DNA from: a bacterium
Lineage (GTDB): Bacteria > Bdellovibrionota_C > UBA2361 > RFPC01
NCBI GenBank assembly: GCA_030431715.1
Contig: JAUIIO010000004.1
Location: 977 to 64,976, forward strand
Length of the DNA stretch: 64,000 nucleotides
Reading direction: 5' to 3'
In this document: positions 36,965-45,747 of the stretch, piece after piece
Layout of the letters: each line of letters opens with the position of its first letter
Numbering within the stretch: position 1 is the first letter of the stretch
The notes under the pieces: generated by a model
What the model saw: only the letters and a program-made list of their open reading frames with translations
Told to the model about the DNA's origin: nothing
The model's database searches: none
Program-made: the position numbers and the translations under genes

Positions 36965-39529
36965 ATGAAACGACTCATTCTACTCTTACTTCTTTTTACT
37001 CATTCTGCACCTCTTCTCGCTGACGTGCTGGTGGCAACAGGCACAGCTATTGTAAAGGTGGAAGACGGAACACCGTCAACTTTCATATCTCAGGCAGCTA
37101 CCTCCCTCTTTTATGAATCAGTATCTGAGAAGCTCTATTTCAGTGATGGTACTGGTATTTACCGTGCGGATCGAGATGGTTCAAACGTCGCTACTATCAT
37201 AGCTAATGTTGGTAGTACTGTAGGAGATCTTGTTGTTGATACCGCAAATGAGAAGATTATATGGACAGAACCTGATGAAACAAGACTTCGCAAATCAGAT
37301 CTTGATGGGGGTAATATCGCCATCCACTATAATGGAACCTCTCTCCCTGAAGGAATCATAATCGATCAGGATGGTGGAAAGGTTTACTGGGCGGCAGCAG
37401 CAGCGATAGAGTCTACTAATCTTGATGGGTCGGGCTATGCAGAGATCTATTTCGATGGTGATAATTTTGGAGTTCTTCAATTTCTTACCCTTTATGATTC
37501 TACTTTCTACTTTACTGATGGAACTCAGCATCAGCTTAAAAGCGTTGATATTAATGGAGACAATGAAAAGGTGCTCGCTTCCGGTGTAACAAATCCTCAA
37601 GGGGTTTCTTTTGATTCAGATGAGTATCGAATTTACTATATCGGCACAACAGAGGCTGCAGCCCTTTCTTCAATAAAGAGTGACGGCAGTGGGAAAACTT
37701 CTGTAGCAAGCACAAAGGGATACGACATTATTGCTGGGTACTATGCATCTGAGAGCGAAGAGCCAGTTGCCCCGATTGCCACCCCTGCCCCGAGTCCGGT
37801 ACCAACACCAGCAGCGACGCCTGCCCCTCAGAAGAGGCCTCCGTACACAAGGATGTATATGAGCATTCAGAATAAGACGAACCCGGACGAATCACGGATT
37901 GTCTGGACAAGTTTTTACGGCGAAGTAAATGAAGTTACGAAGAATTTTACTGATCCTCGAGCACTTGGCTATTCAAAAGAAGAAAACAGCCTCTATGTAA
38001 TTGAGCGGGCTACAGCAGGCTCCTCAAAGATGTTTCGGGTTGCTCCTGATGGGAGCGATAGAACCGAAATCTTTCATTTACCCTACAAGTATGAGTTTAT
38101 GCACGTAGATGATGAATCAGACCGAGTCTTTCTTGGTCAAGCCGAGGACGATTTTGGCACCTTTAATAGAGATGCACGTTCAACTTATAGACTTTTTAAT
38201 AATCCCAGTACGAATGGTAAAGGATTTGGAAAGTATGACGGCAAATCATTCATTACGCAGGGCAAGAAAATCTATTCATTTAAGAGTGATTACAATATTA
38301 AGAAGAACCCCAATGTCACACACGAAAGCTCGTTTTCAAGGAGTACGCTACTTGCGATACAACCTTATGATCTTGGAAATCTAATGTTACTGAAAGACCC
38401 TCTGGACCTACGGCAGTTTATATACAGTAAGTCAGGAGGAGATGATCAAGAACCTGGATATTTGTTGTATCAAGCTATAAGAGGGAAAGGTTATGAGTAT
38501 ACTGACATCGAGGTTCAACATCTTGATCCAGAAACCTTTACCCGTCCTTACTCTATTTACCTTATATCTGGGAATAAAGTTGATGTCCTTTACTTCTCGC
38601 CTGAGCCACGAGTGATTCCCTTCTTGAGGTTTGCAGAAGATGAGGTGGTTACTGATATCGTTGAGGTGCCTATTGTTGCAGCTACGCAAGATGAAGAAGA
38701 AGTTGATTCTACTACCATTAAAGGGAGCTTTCGTTTCGTAGACTTTTCTACAGACGGAACCGCTCTTGATGAGGTAGAGACACCATCGTATGCGGGGATC
38801 CATGTTCACCTGAGTGCGGCGTCAGAAGACACGCAGACAGAAAACGAGGATGAAGACGATATCTCACAATCCACCAGACGTACTATAACAGACGAATCCG
38901 GGAACTACGAGTTCACAGGCCTTAAAGAAGGTCGGAAATATACGCTTCGCTTCAGCAGACCAGACCTCTCATTTACTTCGAAAGAGCTAAGTGTGCAAGC
39001 TGGCACAGTCGCCCCAAGGATTGCTGTTAAGGTCGAAGACTTTAGTGAATTTGAGTGCACAACGAAGGAGTCGAGTCGCAATATTTCTAAGGCAGATCAA
39101 AATAATGAAAAGATCGTAAATTTTGCTATTGAAAAAGCTCAGCAGAGAATTGAGAAAGCTTCGGGCAAAAAGCTCGAAACAATACAGTCTCGTTCAAATG
39201 CTCTTAATAACCTCTATGCCGAGCTCCTAGAAAATAGCCGAGATCTTCCAAGTGTTCAGATTCGCTGTGAGAAAAGTGCGACAGAATGCACGTTGCAAAA
39301 TAAGAAGAAGAAAGCAAAAAGCTATCGTAAAAAATCTAAGCGTGTAAGTAAGCAGGCGAAGAAGCTTATTCAGGCTGCTTTTGGGAAAAGTAAGGCGAAA
39401 CGAAAGATACTAAAGCGTATCCAGAAACTTACAAAGGCGGCAAGCAAAGCTGCTAAAAAGCTACCTTCGAAAACCTACGAATGTCCTGTAGGTACTGAAG
39501 AAACAGAGCCCGAGGGGGGTGTTGAATAA
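36965..39529 (+). CDS. large secreted YWTD (LDL-receptor class B) beta-propeller protein with P/T/A-rich linker, CarboxypepD_reg-like segment and poly-Lys C-terminal tail
   Basis: The ORF-track start at 36878 precedes a classic signal peptide MKRLILLLLLFTHSAPLLA, so the start is re-set to 36965. Repeated [KR]xYW[TA] blades (KLYFSDGTGIYRADRDGSN, KIIWTEPDETRLRKSDLDGGN, KVYWAA...). Linker PVAPIATPAPSPVPTPAATPAPQ. SGNYEFTGLKEGRKYTLRF segment. C-terminal KKKKAKSYRKKSKRVSKQAKK... tail. Confidence 0.65.
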   Translation: MKRLILLLLLFTHSAPLLADVLVATGTAIVKVEDGTPSTFISQAATSLFYESVSEKLYFSDGTGIYRADRDGSNVATIIANVGSTVGDLVVDTANEKIIWTEPDETRLRKSDLDGGNIAIHYNGTSLPEGIIIDQDGGKVYWAAAAAIESTNLDGSGYAEIYFDGDNFGVLQFLTLYDSTFYFTDGTQHQLKSVDINGDNEKVLASGVTNPQGVSFDSDEYRIYYIGTTEAAALSSIKSDGSGKTSVASTKGYDIIAGYYASESEEPVAPIATPAPSPVPTPAATPAPQKRPPYTRMYMSIQNKTNPDESRIVWTSFYGEVNEVTKNFTDPRALGYSKEENSLYVIERATAGSSKMFRVAPDGSDRTEIFHLPYKYEFMHVDDESDRVFLGQAEDDFGTFNRDARSTYRLFNNPSTNGKGFGKYDGKSFITQGKKIYSFKSDYNIKKNPNVTHESSFSRSTLLAIQPYDLGNLMLLKDPLDLRQFIYSKSGGDDQEPGYLLYQAIRGKGYEYTDIEVQHLDPETFTRPYSIYLISGNKVDVLYFSPEPRVIPFLRFAEDEVVTDIVEVPIVAATQDEEEVDSTTIKGSFRFVDFSTDGTALDEVETPSYAGIHVHLSAASEDTQTENEDEDDISQSTRRTITDESGNYEFTGLKEGRKYTLRFSRPDLSFTSKELSVQAGTVAPRIAVKVEDFSEFECTTKESSRNISKADQNNEKIVNFAIEKAQQRIEKASGKKLETIQSRSNALNNLYAELLENSRDLPSVQIRCEKSATECTLQNKKKKAKSYRKKSKRVSKQAKKLIQAAFGKSKAKRKILKRIQKLTKAASKAAKKLPSKTYECPVGTEETEPEGGVE

Positions 39530-39554
39530 AACACGTTACATTACTGCGTAGCTG

Positions 39555-40421
39555 TCACTTTCGTATGCACTTTACCTTCTTCGTTTTGTAACGGAACTGG
39601 TGTGTATTGCTTCCAGCGCTCGCAAGTACGGCCTGTATGATAGACGATGATGGCCCACTGCCAAAACCACTCGATGAAGAAAGTACTGATGCTAAGATCC
39701 CTTCGCCGAGAACGCCCGGACAATTGACGCCGCCAAAGAGTACTGCTCGATCACAGGGGTCGTTTGTAATGGTCTCTTCAGATTCTAGAGGCATGAGAGC
39801 CCCGCGGTGTGGTTCGTCTGGATCTCCACTGAAGGAAGCGCAGACTAGGGCTGAGGTAGTCTTTCTATACTTTCTTGGGAGCATGAAACCAACATAAACC
39901 CCGTACACCCACTTCTGATTATTGTTGGCATCAGCATATGTATAAAGAAACGTATCTCTGAAAGTGTCGATTGGAGGCAGCACCTTATCCATAAAGAACT
40001 TCTTAATCTGGTTAATCGCTCGCTGATTAATCTTTCTACGGTTGCTGAGCCTGCGACGAGTTGCTAGAACTCGCTGGCGTTCGGCTCCTGAAATGCCGTC
40101 TCTTGCCCCCTTTATGATTTTCTTAAGTGGCTTAAAGAATTTACTTTTGGGAACTTTAACTGGTTGTCCAACAAGTACTTTCTGAAACCCTTTAATCATT
40201 TTTTTGTCAGCGACAACACGTTTCTTAAGAGCAGCCAGAGCATCCTCCTCTGAGACAAGCACGATCTCTCCATCGACCTTTTGGCCGAGTGCTACGTCCC
40301 CATTAGGAAACTGTACGAGAAAGTAATTTGTTCCCTCAACACGCTGGAATTGCTGAGAGTTCGCAGCGAAAGGAAAAAGTGCAATCGCAAGTATAAGTAA
40401 GAGTAAGACACTTCGGTTCAT
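39555..40421 (-). CDS. secreted lysine/arginine-rich hypothetical protein (288 aa)
   Basis: Signal peptide MNRSVLLLLILAIALFPFAANSQ. Basic central region. Confidence 0.5.
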   Translation of the reverse strand: MNRSVLLLLILAIALFPFAANSQQFQRVEGTNYFLVQFPNGDVALGQKVDGEIVLVSEEDALAALKKRVVADKKMIKGFQKVLVGQPVKVPKSKFFKPLKKIIKGARDGISGAERQRVLATRRRLSNRRKINQRAINQIKKFFMDKVLPPIDTFRDTFLYTYADANNNQKWVYGVYVGFMLPRKYRKTTSALVCASFSGDPDEPHRGALMPLESEETITNDPCDRAVLFGGVNCPGVLGEGILASVLSSSSGFGSGPSSSIIQAVLASAGSNTHQFRYKTKKVKCIRK

Positions 40422-40510
40422 CAGAGCCTCTGAATTTAATACTGTTTTACTTACTATACTGAAAATGCACCTAAATTGCTATTCGAGATGTCATTGGAAT
40501 GTAAGTTATG

Positions 40511-40542
40511 AAAAACAGGGGCCACTCAGATGAGTGACCCCT
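40511..40542 (-). terminator. rho-independent terminator of pckA
   Basis: GC-rich hairpin aggggccact (40517-40526) / agtgacccct (40533-40542), 9 of 10 bp paired, 6-nt loop. On the minus strand it is immediately followed by TTTTT (plus-strand A-run 40511-40515). Lies ~40 nt after the pckA stop at 40584. Confidence 0.6.
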
Positions 40543-40583
40543 GTGCGTGCAGCGTGGTAGGGAAAGATAAAGCGACGCTTCTA

Positions 40584-42170
40584 CTAGGCGGCGATTGGTT
40601 GGGCGCTTCTGATGTCATCGCTTGTGCCATCTTCGAACTTCTTAAAGTTCTCCTGAAAGAGCCCGGCAAGTTTTTTAGCAGTAGCATCAAACGCTTCCTT
40701 ATCTTTCCAGGTATTTCGTGGTTGTAAGATCTCTGCAGGCACACCGGTGCAAGATGTAGGGACATGAAGACCAAAGACAGGGTCTTCCTCCATCTTAGCT
40801 GACACAAGTTCTCCTGAGTGGATTCCATCGATGATAGCCCGTGTGTAGCTGAGTTTCATCCTCTCCCCGCTTCCGTAAGCTCCGCCTGACCAGCCGGTAT
40901 TCACAAGCCAAGCTTCTGATCCGTGTTCACGCATTTTAGCTGCCAAGAGTTCAGCGTACTTGGCCGGATGCCAGACGAGAAAGGCTGCACCGAAGCAGGC
41001 AGAAAACGTTGCCTGAGGTTCAGTTACTCCCTGCTCTGTTCCTGCCACTTTAGCGGTATAGCCAGAGATGAAGTGATACATCGCCTGTTCAGGAGTAAGC
41101 TTGCTCACAGGAGGAAGTACTCCGAAGGCGTCACAGGTAAGTAGGATGATATTCTTTGGATGAGTACCAATAGCCGGAATCTTGGCGTTATCGATATACT
41201 CCAGAGGGTAACTTACGCGCGTATTTTCGGTAAGCGAATTGTCGTCGTAGTTTACCTTCCTACTCTCTTCTTCGTAGGTCACGTTCTCAAGCAGAGAACC
41301 AAACTGAATGGCGCGGTAGATCTCAGGCTCTTTCTCCTCGGTCAGGCCTATACATTTAGCGTAGCAGCCGCCTTCTATATTAAAGACGCCGTTATCCGTC
41401 CAGCAGTGCTCATCATCTCCAATGAGCTTACGTTGTGGGTCAGCAGAGAGTGTTGTCTTGCCTGTTCCTGAAAGCCCAAAAAAGAGCGATACATCGTTGT
41501 TCTCAGGGCCTTCATTGGCTGAACAGTGCATAGAGAGAACGCCTTTTTTGGGCATAAGGTAATTCATGATGGTGAATACCCCTTTCTTCATCTCTCCGGC
41601 ATACTCTGTTCCTAGAATGACCATCTTCTTTCTTTCAAATGAGAGATCGACACTTGTTTCTGAAGTCATCTGCTCGGTATAGCGGTTTGCAGGAAAACGT
41701 CCAGCATTAAATATGACGTAGTCTGGTTCGCCAAAGTTCTTAAGCTCTTCCTCTGTTGGTCTGATAAGCATATTGTGCATAAAGAGTGCATGATATGCCC
41801 TTGAACAGACAATTCGTATTTTAAGTCTGTTTTCAGGATCCCATCCTGCAAAACCATCAAGCACATAAAGTGTCTCGCGAGTATTGAGATAATCAATAGC
41901 TCGTTCGTAGTTAATCATGAAGATTCGATCTTCAAGTCTAATATTTACATTTCCCCACCAGATATTATTTTCGCTGTCGGGATGCGATACGACGCGTTTA
42001 TCTGAAGGGCTTCTTCCAGTTTTTTTACCGGAACGAACGGCGAGTGCTCCATCGGCTGTAATCGCAGAGCCTTTCTCTTTCTTCAGGGCTTCCTCATACA
42101 ACCTTGCAGGACTTAAATTTCTAAACACATTTTCAACGTCAATTTCATACTCAGAAAGTGAAAAGTTCAT
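40584..42170 (-). CDS. pckA: phosphoenolpyruvate carboxykinase (ATP)
   Basis: [11 protein letters not shown] kinase-1a motif. Full-length colinearity with ATP-type PckA. Start re-set to the ATG at 42168-42170 ([11 protein letters not shown]...), which has AAGGAGA 8 nt upstream. The longer ORF-track start has no SD and overlaps a leader hairpin. Confidence 0.9.
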   Translation of the reverse strand: MNFSLSEYEIDVENVFRNLSPARLYEEALKKEKGSAITADGALAVRSGKKTGRSPSDKRVVSHPDSENNIWWGNVNIRLEDRIFMINYERAIDYLNTRETLYVLDGFAGWDPENRLKIRIVCSRAYHALFMHNMLIRPTEEELKNFGEPDYVIFNAGRFPANRYTEQMTSETSVDLSFERKKMVILGTEYAGEMKKGVFTIMNYLMPKKGVLSMHCSANEGPENNDVSLFFGLSGTGKTTLSADPQRKLIGDDEHCWTDNGVFNIEGGCYAKCIGLTEEKEPEIYRAIQFGSLLENVTYEEESRKVNYDDNSLTENTRVSYPLEYIDNAKIPAIGTHPKNIILLTCDAFGVLPPVSKLTPEQAMYHFISGYTAKVAGTEQGVTEPQATFSACFGAAFLVWHPAKYAELLAAKMREHGSEAWLVNTGWSGGAYGSGERMKLSYTRAIIDGIHSGELVSAKMEEDPVFGLHVPTSCTGVPAEILQPRNTWKDKEAFDATAKKLAGLFQENFKKFEDGTSDDIRSAQPIAA

Positions 42171-42200
42171 AAGGTATCTTCTCCTTAAATAAGCAACCAG

Positions 42201-42220
42201 GCTGCACACCATTGTGCAGC
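42201..42220 (-). promoter_or_regulatory. 8-bp perfect stem-loop (gctgcaca ccat tgtgcagc) in the pckA 5' leader
   Basis: Read directly from the sequence. Lies between the likely promoter and the SD of pckA. Confidence 0.35.
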
Positions 42221-42419
42221 TCATTTATATGCAAAGGGGTATGTCAAAACAATTTGTGAAAGTACGATTTTTAAACTTTTTTATTCTCTTACATGAATAC
42301 GCTATTCAAGTACTCCGCGTGTTCGTTTTATGCTATAAAATAGGTGCTTTTTGCGCGCACTTCTCTGGAGTTGACAGAAGAAGATTTCTGTAGATGTGGA
42401 ATGATTATTCGGTAGAGTT

Positions 42420-43052
42420 TCAGGAGAGATGAGTGAATACATCTTGAAGTGTCGTAACGAACGGAACTGCTAAATCGTTAAATGTTTCTTGTGTGTTTTC
42501 TGTGCGCGCAATACCGATGAAATCTATTCCGGCGCCGAGCGCGCTCTGAGCGTCTGTGGCTCTATCTCCGATATAAAGGATATCTGCTGCTGTAAGGTTA
42601 GACTTTTTGATATCGGAAAGCACCGGATCGAAGACACCGGGATGGGGCTTATGATAGGTGCTGTCTTCTTGGGCATAGAGATGGGTAAATCTTCCATCAT
42701 GCCAGTTTAGACTCTGCAGATCGGTATCGAGTACTTTACGTGCAAGAGCGGTTAGAATTCCAACGGAGAAGCTTTTTCCCAGAGTCTTAATGACTTCTTC
42801 ACTCTCAGGAAACGGGATAATTGGGTGATGAACAGCGTGGCTATCGATATAGCTCTCTTTATCTATTGGCTCTTTGCAGCCGAGAGCTTTCATCATCTGA
42901 TCAAACGGCATCCCCCAGACATTTCGAATTGATTCAGATGAAGGAGAAATGTGGTGTTCAGATTCACAGTAAGAAATTATAGCGGGGATGCGTGAGTTGA
43001 TCGTATCTACGAGCGTGTCATCATAGTCGAAAAAGATTATTTGTTTCCGCAT
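42420..43052 (-). CDS. HAD-superfamily hydrolase
   Basis: N-terminal IIFFDYDDTLVDT (motif I, DxD). GIDFIGIARTENTQ and IGDRATD-type motifs downstream. Confidence 0.8.
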   Translation of the reverse strand: MRKQIIFFDYDDTLVDTINSRIPAIISYCESEHHISPSSESIRNVWGMPFDQMMKALGCKEPIDKESYIDSHAVHHPIIPFPESEEVIKTLGKSFSVGILTALARKVLDTDLQSLNWHDGRFTHLYAQEDSTYHKPHPGVFDPVLSDIKKSNLTAADILYIGDRATDAQSALGAGIDFIGIARTENTQETFNDLAVPFVTTLQDVFTHLS

Positions 43053-43073
43053 ACGCTACTCTACATCTGAGGC

Positions 43074-43892
43074 TTAGCTTTTTAAAGGCTGCGTTAAACG
43101 TTTCCCTACGAGATACATGAAGAGTGAAACGATGAGAGCTCCAATGGGAATCCACCACATGTAACGAAAAGCATTTATTTCTTGAATATAGTAGTCCCTA
43201 CTTATGTAAAAATTTTTGTATACTACGGATTCAGGGCGTATTGCATAGAGCTCTGCTAAACGTTTCGCTCTCTTTTCTGAATATCCCGTATGTGTGAGTT
43301 TCTGATGAATGCTTTTTAGCTGTTCTTGAAATTCAGCAGAGCTAAATCTGCCATTCCAGAGGAGCCCGAGGTCGGGATCGACCGTTAACCACTTATCTTT
43401 ATCGTACTCTACTTCAGCAACATAGTGATTATTGAGACGAACAAGTCCTGAAGCAAACCCCATGTCTCTTGCAAACTTCACGAATATCCATGCCACCTGA
43501 TGACAAAATCCGCGCCCTCTACGCCAGAGGAGCTCTGCGTTCTGAGTATCAAGAATGACGTTTTTCTCAAAGTCTGAGTTCGATAAGAAAGCTTGTGTCC
43601 AGAGATACCAGTTATCGTACGGCTTTAGTGTGTATGAGCTCCCGTGTACAAAAGAATGAGTTAAAAGAAAGAAGAATCTTTCGAGTTTCTCTCTATTCCT
43701 CATGGTGGTACTGGCGTGGGCTATAGAAAGTTGCTCTCTCGCAGCAGCTGGAGAGAGTTCTCTCTGCGTATAATGACGGGCATTTTCTTCCGGAGGGTAG
43801 TCTGAAGTAAGTGGTGGTATGAAATGACCGATACTGTTTAGGGCAAGTAAGAATAAAGACAGGAGCATGAGTCCGAATGTAAAGTATCTCAT
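43074..43892 (-). CDS. transglutaminase-like cysteine-protease-fold protein, N-terminal and C-terminal TM segments
   Basis: GRGFCHQVAWIFVKFARDMGFASGLV...NHYVAEVEY...TVDPD matches the Cys-His-Asp core of the transglutaminase-like superfamily. Followed 21 nt later by the HAD gene on the same strand. Confidence 0.55.
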   Translation of the reverse strand: MRYFTFGLMLLSLFLLALNSIGHFIPPLTSDYPPEENARHYTQRELSPAAAREQLSIAHASTTMRNREKLERFFFLLTHSFVHGSSYTLKPYDNWYLWTQAFLSNSDFEKNVILDTQNAELLWRRGRGFCHQVAWIFVKFARDMGFASGLVRLNNHYVAEVEYDKDKWLTVDPDLGLLWNGRFSSAEFQEQLKSIHQKLTHTGYSEKRAKRLAELYAIRPESVVYKNFYISRDYYIQEINAFRYMWWIPIGALIVSLFMYLVGKRLTQPLKS

Positions 43893-44238
43893 CTTTTTAA
43901 GTTTATACGCATAAGATTGCTGTGAGAACCTGTGAAATCTCCTTAGCGTTCAGCCTTTGCACGTTATTCGCGCGCTTTGTACTCGTCGCTTCTTTTTTAA
44001 GAAAAGCTATGTAGAAGGATTTGTCAGGCGAAGGTTTTCATGCTTGGTATACTATTTGTACATCGGGCAAACTCTGAATGTGTACGAGATCGCTATAGTG
44101 GCATAACGTGCTGATATTATGCATAAAAAGATTGACACCAATTCTAAAAACTTGAGCACATCGTGTCGATTATTCATTTAGCTGCAGGAAGTGTTTGTAT
44201 GCCTCACTAGCAAATATTTTTAAATTGGTAACGCAGCT

Positions 44239-45018
44239 ATGCCTATACAAGGCTTAAGGAGCGATAGCTCCCTGATAAGAAATGGTTTTGGAACAAATAG
44301 GGCTGAGAGTAATCTCCGTCAATCATTTACTGTGAGTTCCAATAGAGATAGCGACTCCGTTAGTGTTTCCTCAAGGCCGGGAAGAGAGTCTGGGTCTGTG
44401 CTCGATGTGAGTCTTGCTAAATCTAATGCTGAGATAGCCTCCAATGCAGCAGAGAGCATTATTTCGCTCCGCGCCGATCAACTTGAGCTGGCAGAGCAAG
44501 CTGCAAATTCTTCAAATCCAACAACGAGATCTGATCTTCAGAGTGAAATTGAAACACTTCAGGCTGAGATTGAGCGTATAGCAAGCGAAGCGGTCGATCA
44601 AAATGGCAATAGCGTTCTTACCGGATCGGGTACAACTTTATCTAATGGTGAGGTCGTACAGCTTGCTGATATTTCGGCGATCCGCGACGATCCGAACGTT
44701 GATGTCAGCTCTGAAAGTGGAGCTGACGATGCTGTTGAGTCACTTACGGCCACTTTGCAAAGTAGTAGAGTGTACCGCGAATCTTCATCGAGTTCTCTAG
44801 GAAGAGCCGAGAGCGTTCTCGCAACTGAGCTTGCCACAGAGCGAACGACGCGGAGTGAGGATAACGATGCTATTGCAGAGATTAGTGAAGCAGAGCAGGT
44901 CGCAAAAGATATCTCTGCATCTCTTTTACAGGAATTTGGGAACACTGAGGATCCAGCTACATCACTTACCTCCACTCTTCTCTCCGGTGAATTAAACGCC
45001 GATGTTCTGCTAGACTAA
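44239..45018 (+). CDS. short divergent flagellin-family protein (D0-D1 only, 259 aa), orphan
   Basis: ELAEQAANSSNPTTRSDLQSEIETLQAEIERIASEAVDQNGNSVLTGSGT aligns to the flagellin D1 block (B. subtilis Hag ELVVQAGNTGTQDKATDLQSIQDEISALTDEIDGISNRTEFNGKKLLDGT). The C-terminal region AVESLTATLQSSRV...RAESVL...SEDNDAIAEISEAEQ resembles the flagellin C-terminal helix (ESRIRDVDMAKEMSEF...). No other flagellar genes nearby. Confidence 0.55.
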   Translation: MPIQGLRSDSSLIRNGFGTNRAESNLRQSFTVSSNRDSDSVSVSSRPGRESGSVLDVSLAKSNAEIASNAAESIISLRADQLELAEQAANSSNPTTRSDLQSEIETLQAEIERIASEAVDQNGNSVLTGSGTTLSNGEVVQLADISAIRDDPNVDVSSESGADDAVESLTATLQSSRVYRESSSSSLGRAESVLATELATERTTRSEDNDAIAEISEAEQVAKDISASLLQEFGNTEDPATSLTSTLLSGELNADVLLD

Positions 45019-45626
45019 TCTATTTCCGTTTGCTTGTGGAGCACGAGCAAAATTCTCTTTGCCTCCACCATATGCATCAAGTGGTTTATCTTCTCTTCAA
45101 AAGTTGATTTTTCAGATGGGTATTTGCCAACCTTGTTAAGCCGTTCAGAAACAATCGAAGGATAAAAAGAAAAATCTGCTGAGCTATTCTGATCAAGCTC
45201 TGACCAGAGATTTTCTGTTACCATGACCCGGTTCTTATCATGAGAGGATATATCAGATTTTAAAAGAAGCGCGCTTGTTTGCTCAAACATCTGGCGCAAA
45301 TGCCACATAGTCGTACCAAGTGTTTTGTTTAGCTGATCGCGACGTATTGGATTTGCAATTGAATCTTCAGATGAGAAGAGTCCAAGTGACTCAAGTTCAA
45401 TAAGATCTCTTTGGTAAGCATCCTGCGCTGCTTGAAGTTTCTCAGGAGAAGCAGATTTGACGTCGCGTAGGAGTGTAAGGATTCCATAAGAGCATGCTGA
45501 AAGAGCAACTATTGCTGTTCCGTTATTAAGAAACATTCTTCTACTTAGAGAAACTTTCTCAGCATGGGAGTGGTCCTCCGCTACATTTGCGAAGATTTCG
45601 TGACTTGGAGAGTTTCTTTCAGGCAT
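45015..45626 (-). CDS. hypothetical protein with Tat-like signal (SRRMFLNNGTAIVALSAC)
   Basis: ORF convergent on the flagellin-like gene with a 4-nt overlap. Twin-arginine-like motif after a ~25-aa N-terminal extension. Confidence 0.4.
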   Translation of the reverse strand: MPERNSPSHEIFANVAEDHSHAEKVSLSRRMFLNNGTAIVALSACSYGILTLLRDVKSASPEKLQAAQDAYQRDLIELESLGLFSSEDSIANPIRRDQLNKTLGTTMWHLRQMFEQTSALLLKSDISSHDKNRVMVTENLWSELDQNSSADFSFYPSIVSERLNKVGKYPSEKSTFEEKINHLMHMVEAKRILLVLHKQTEID

Positions 45627-45747
45627 GGAACTTTCTATAAAGAGACTGCGAAATAGTTAAAATTATCAAATATATGCCATCACTCAGTAGAGTTGATTAG
45701 AATAAACATTTCGTGTAAAACGTTGTTTAACTAAGGGTCTGTATTAT

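Noticed and set aside
40526-40828. ORFs 40526-40828 (-) and 40530-40727 (+)
   Set aside because: Overlap the pckA 3' end and its terminator hairpin. Out-of-frame artefacts.
44239-45018. Interpretation of the flagellin-like gene as part of a flagellar locus
   Set aside because: No fliD/fliS/flaG/flg/mot genes within 20 kb on either side. Treated as an orphan.
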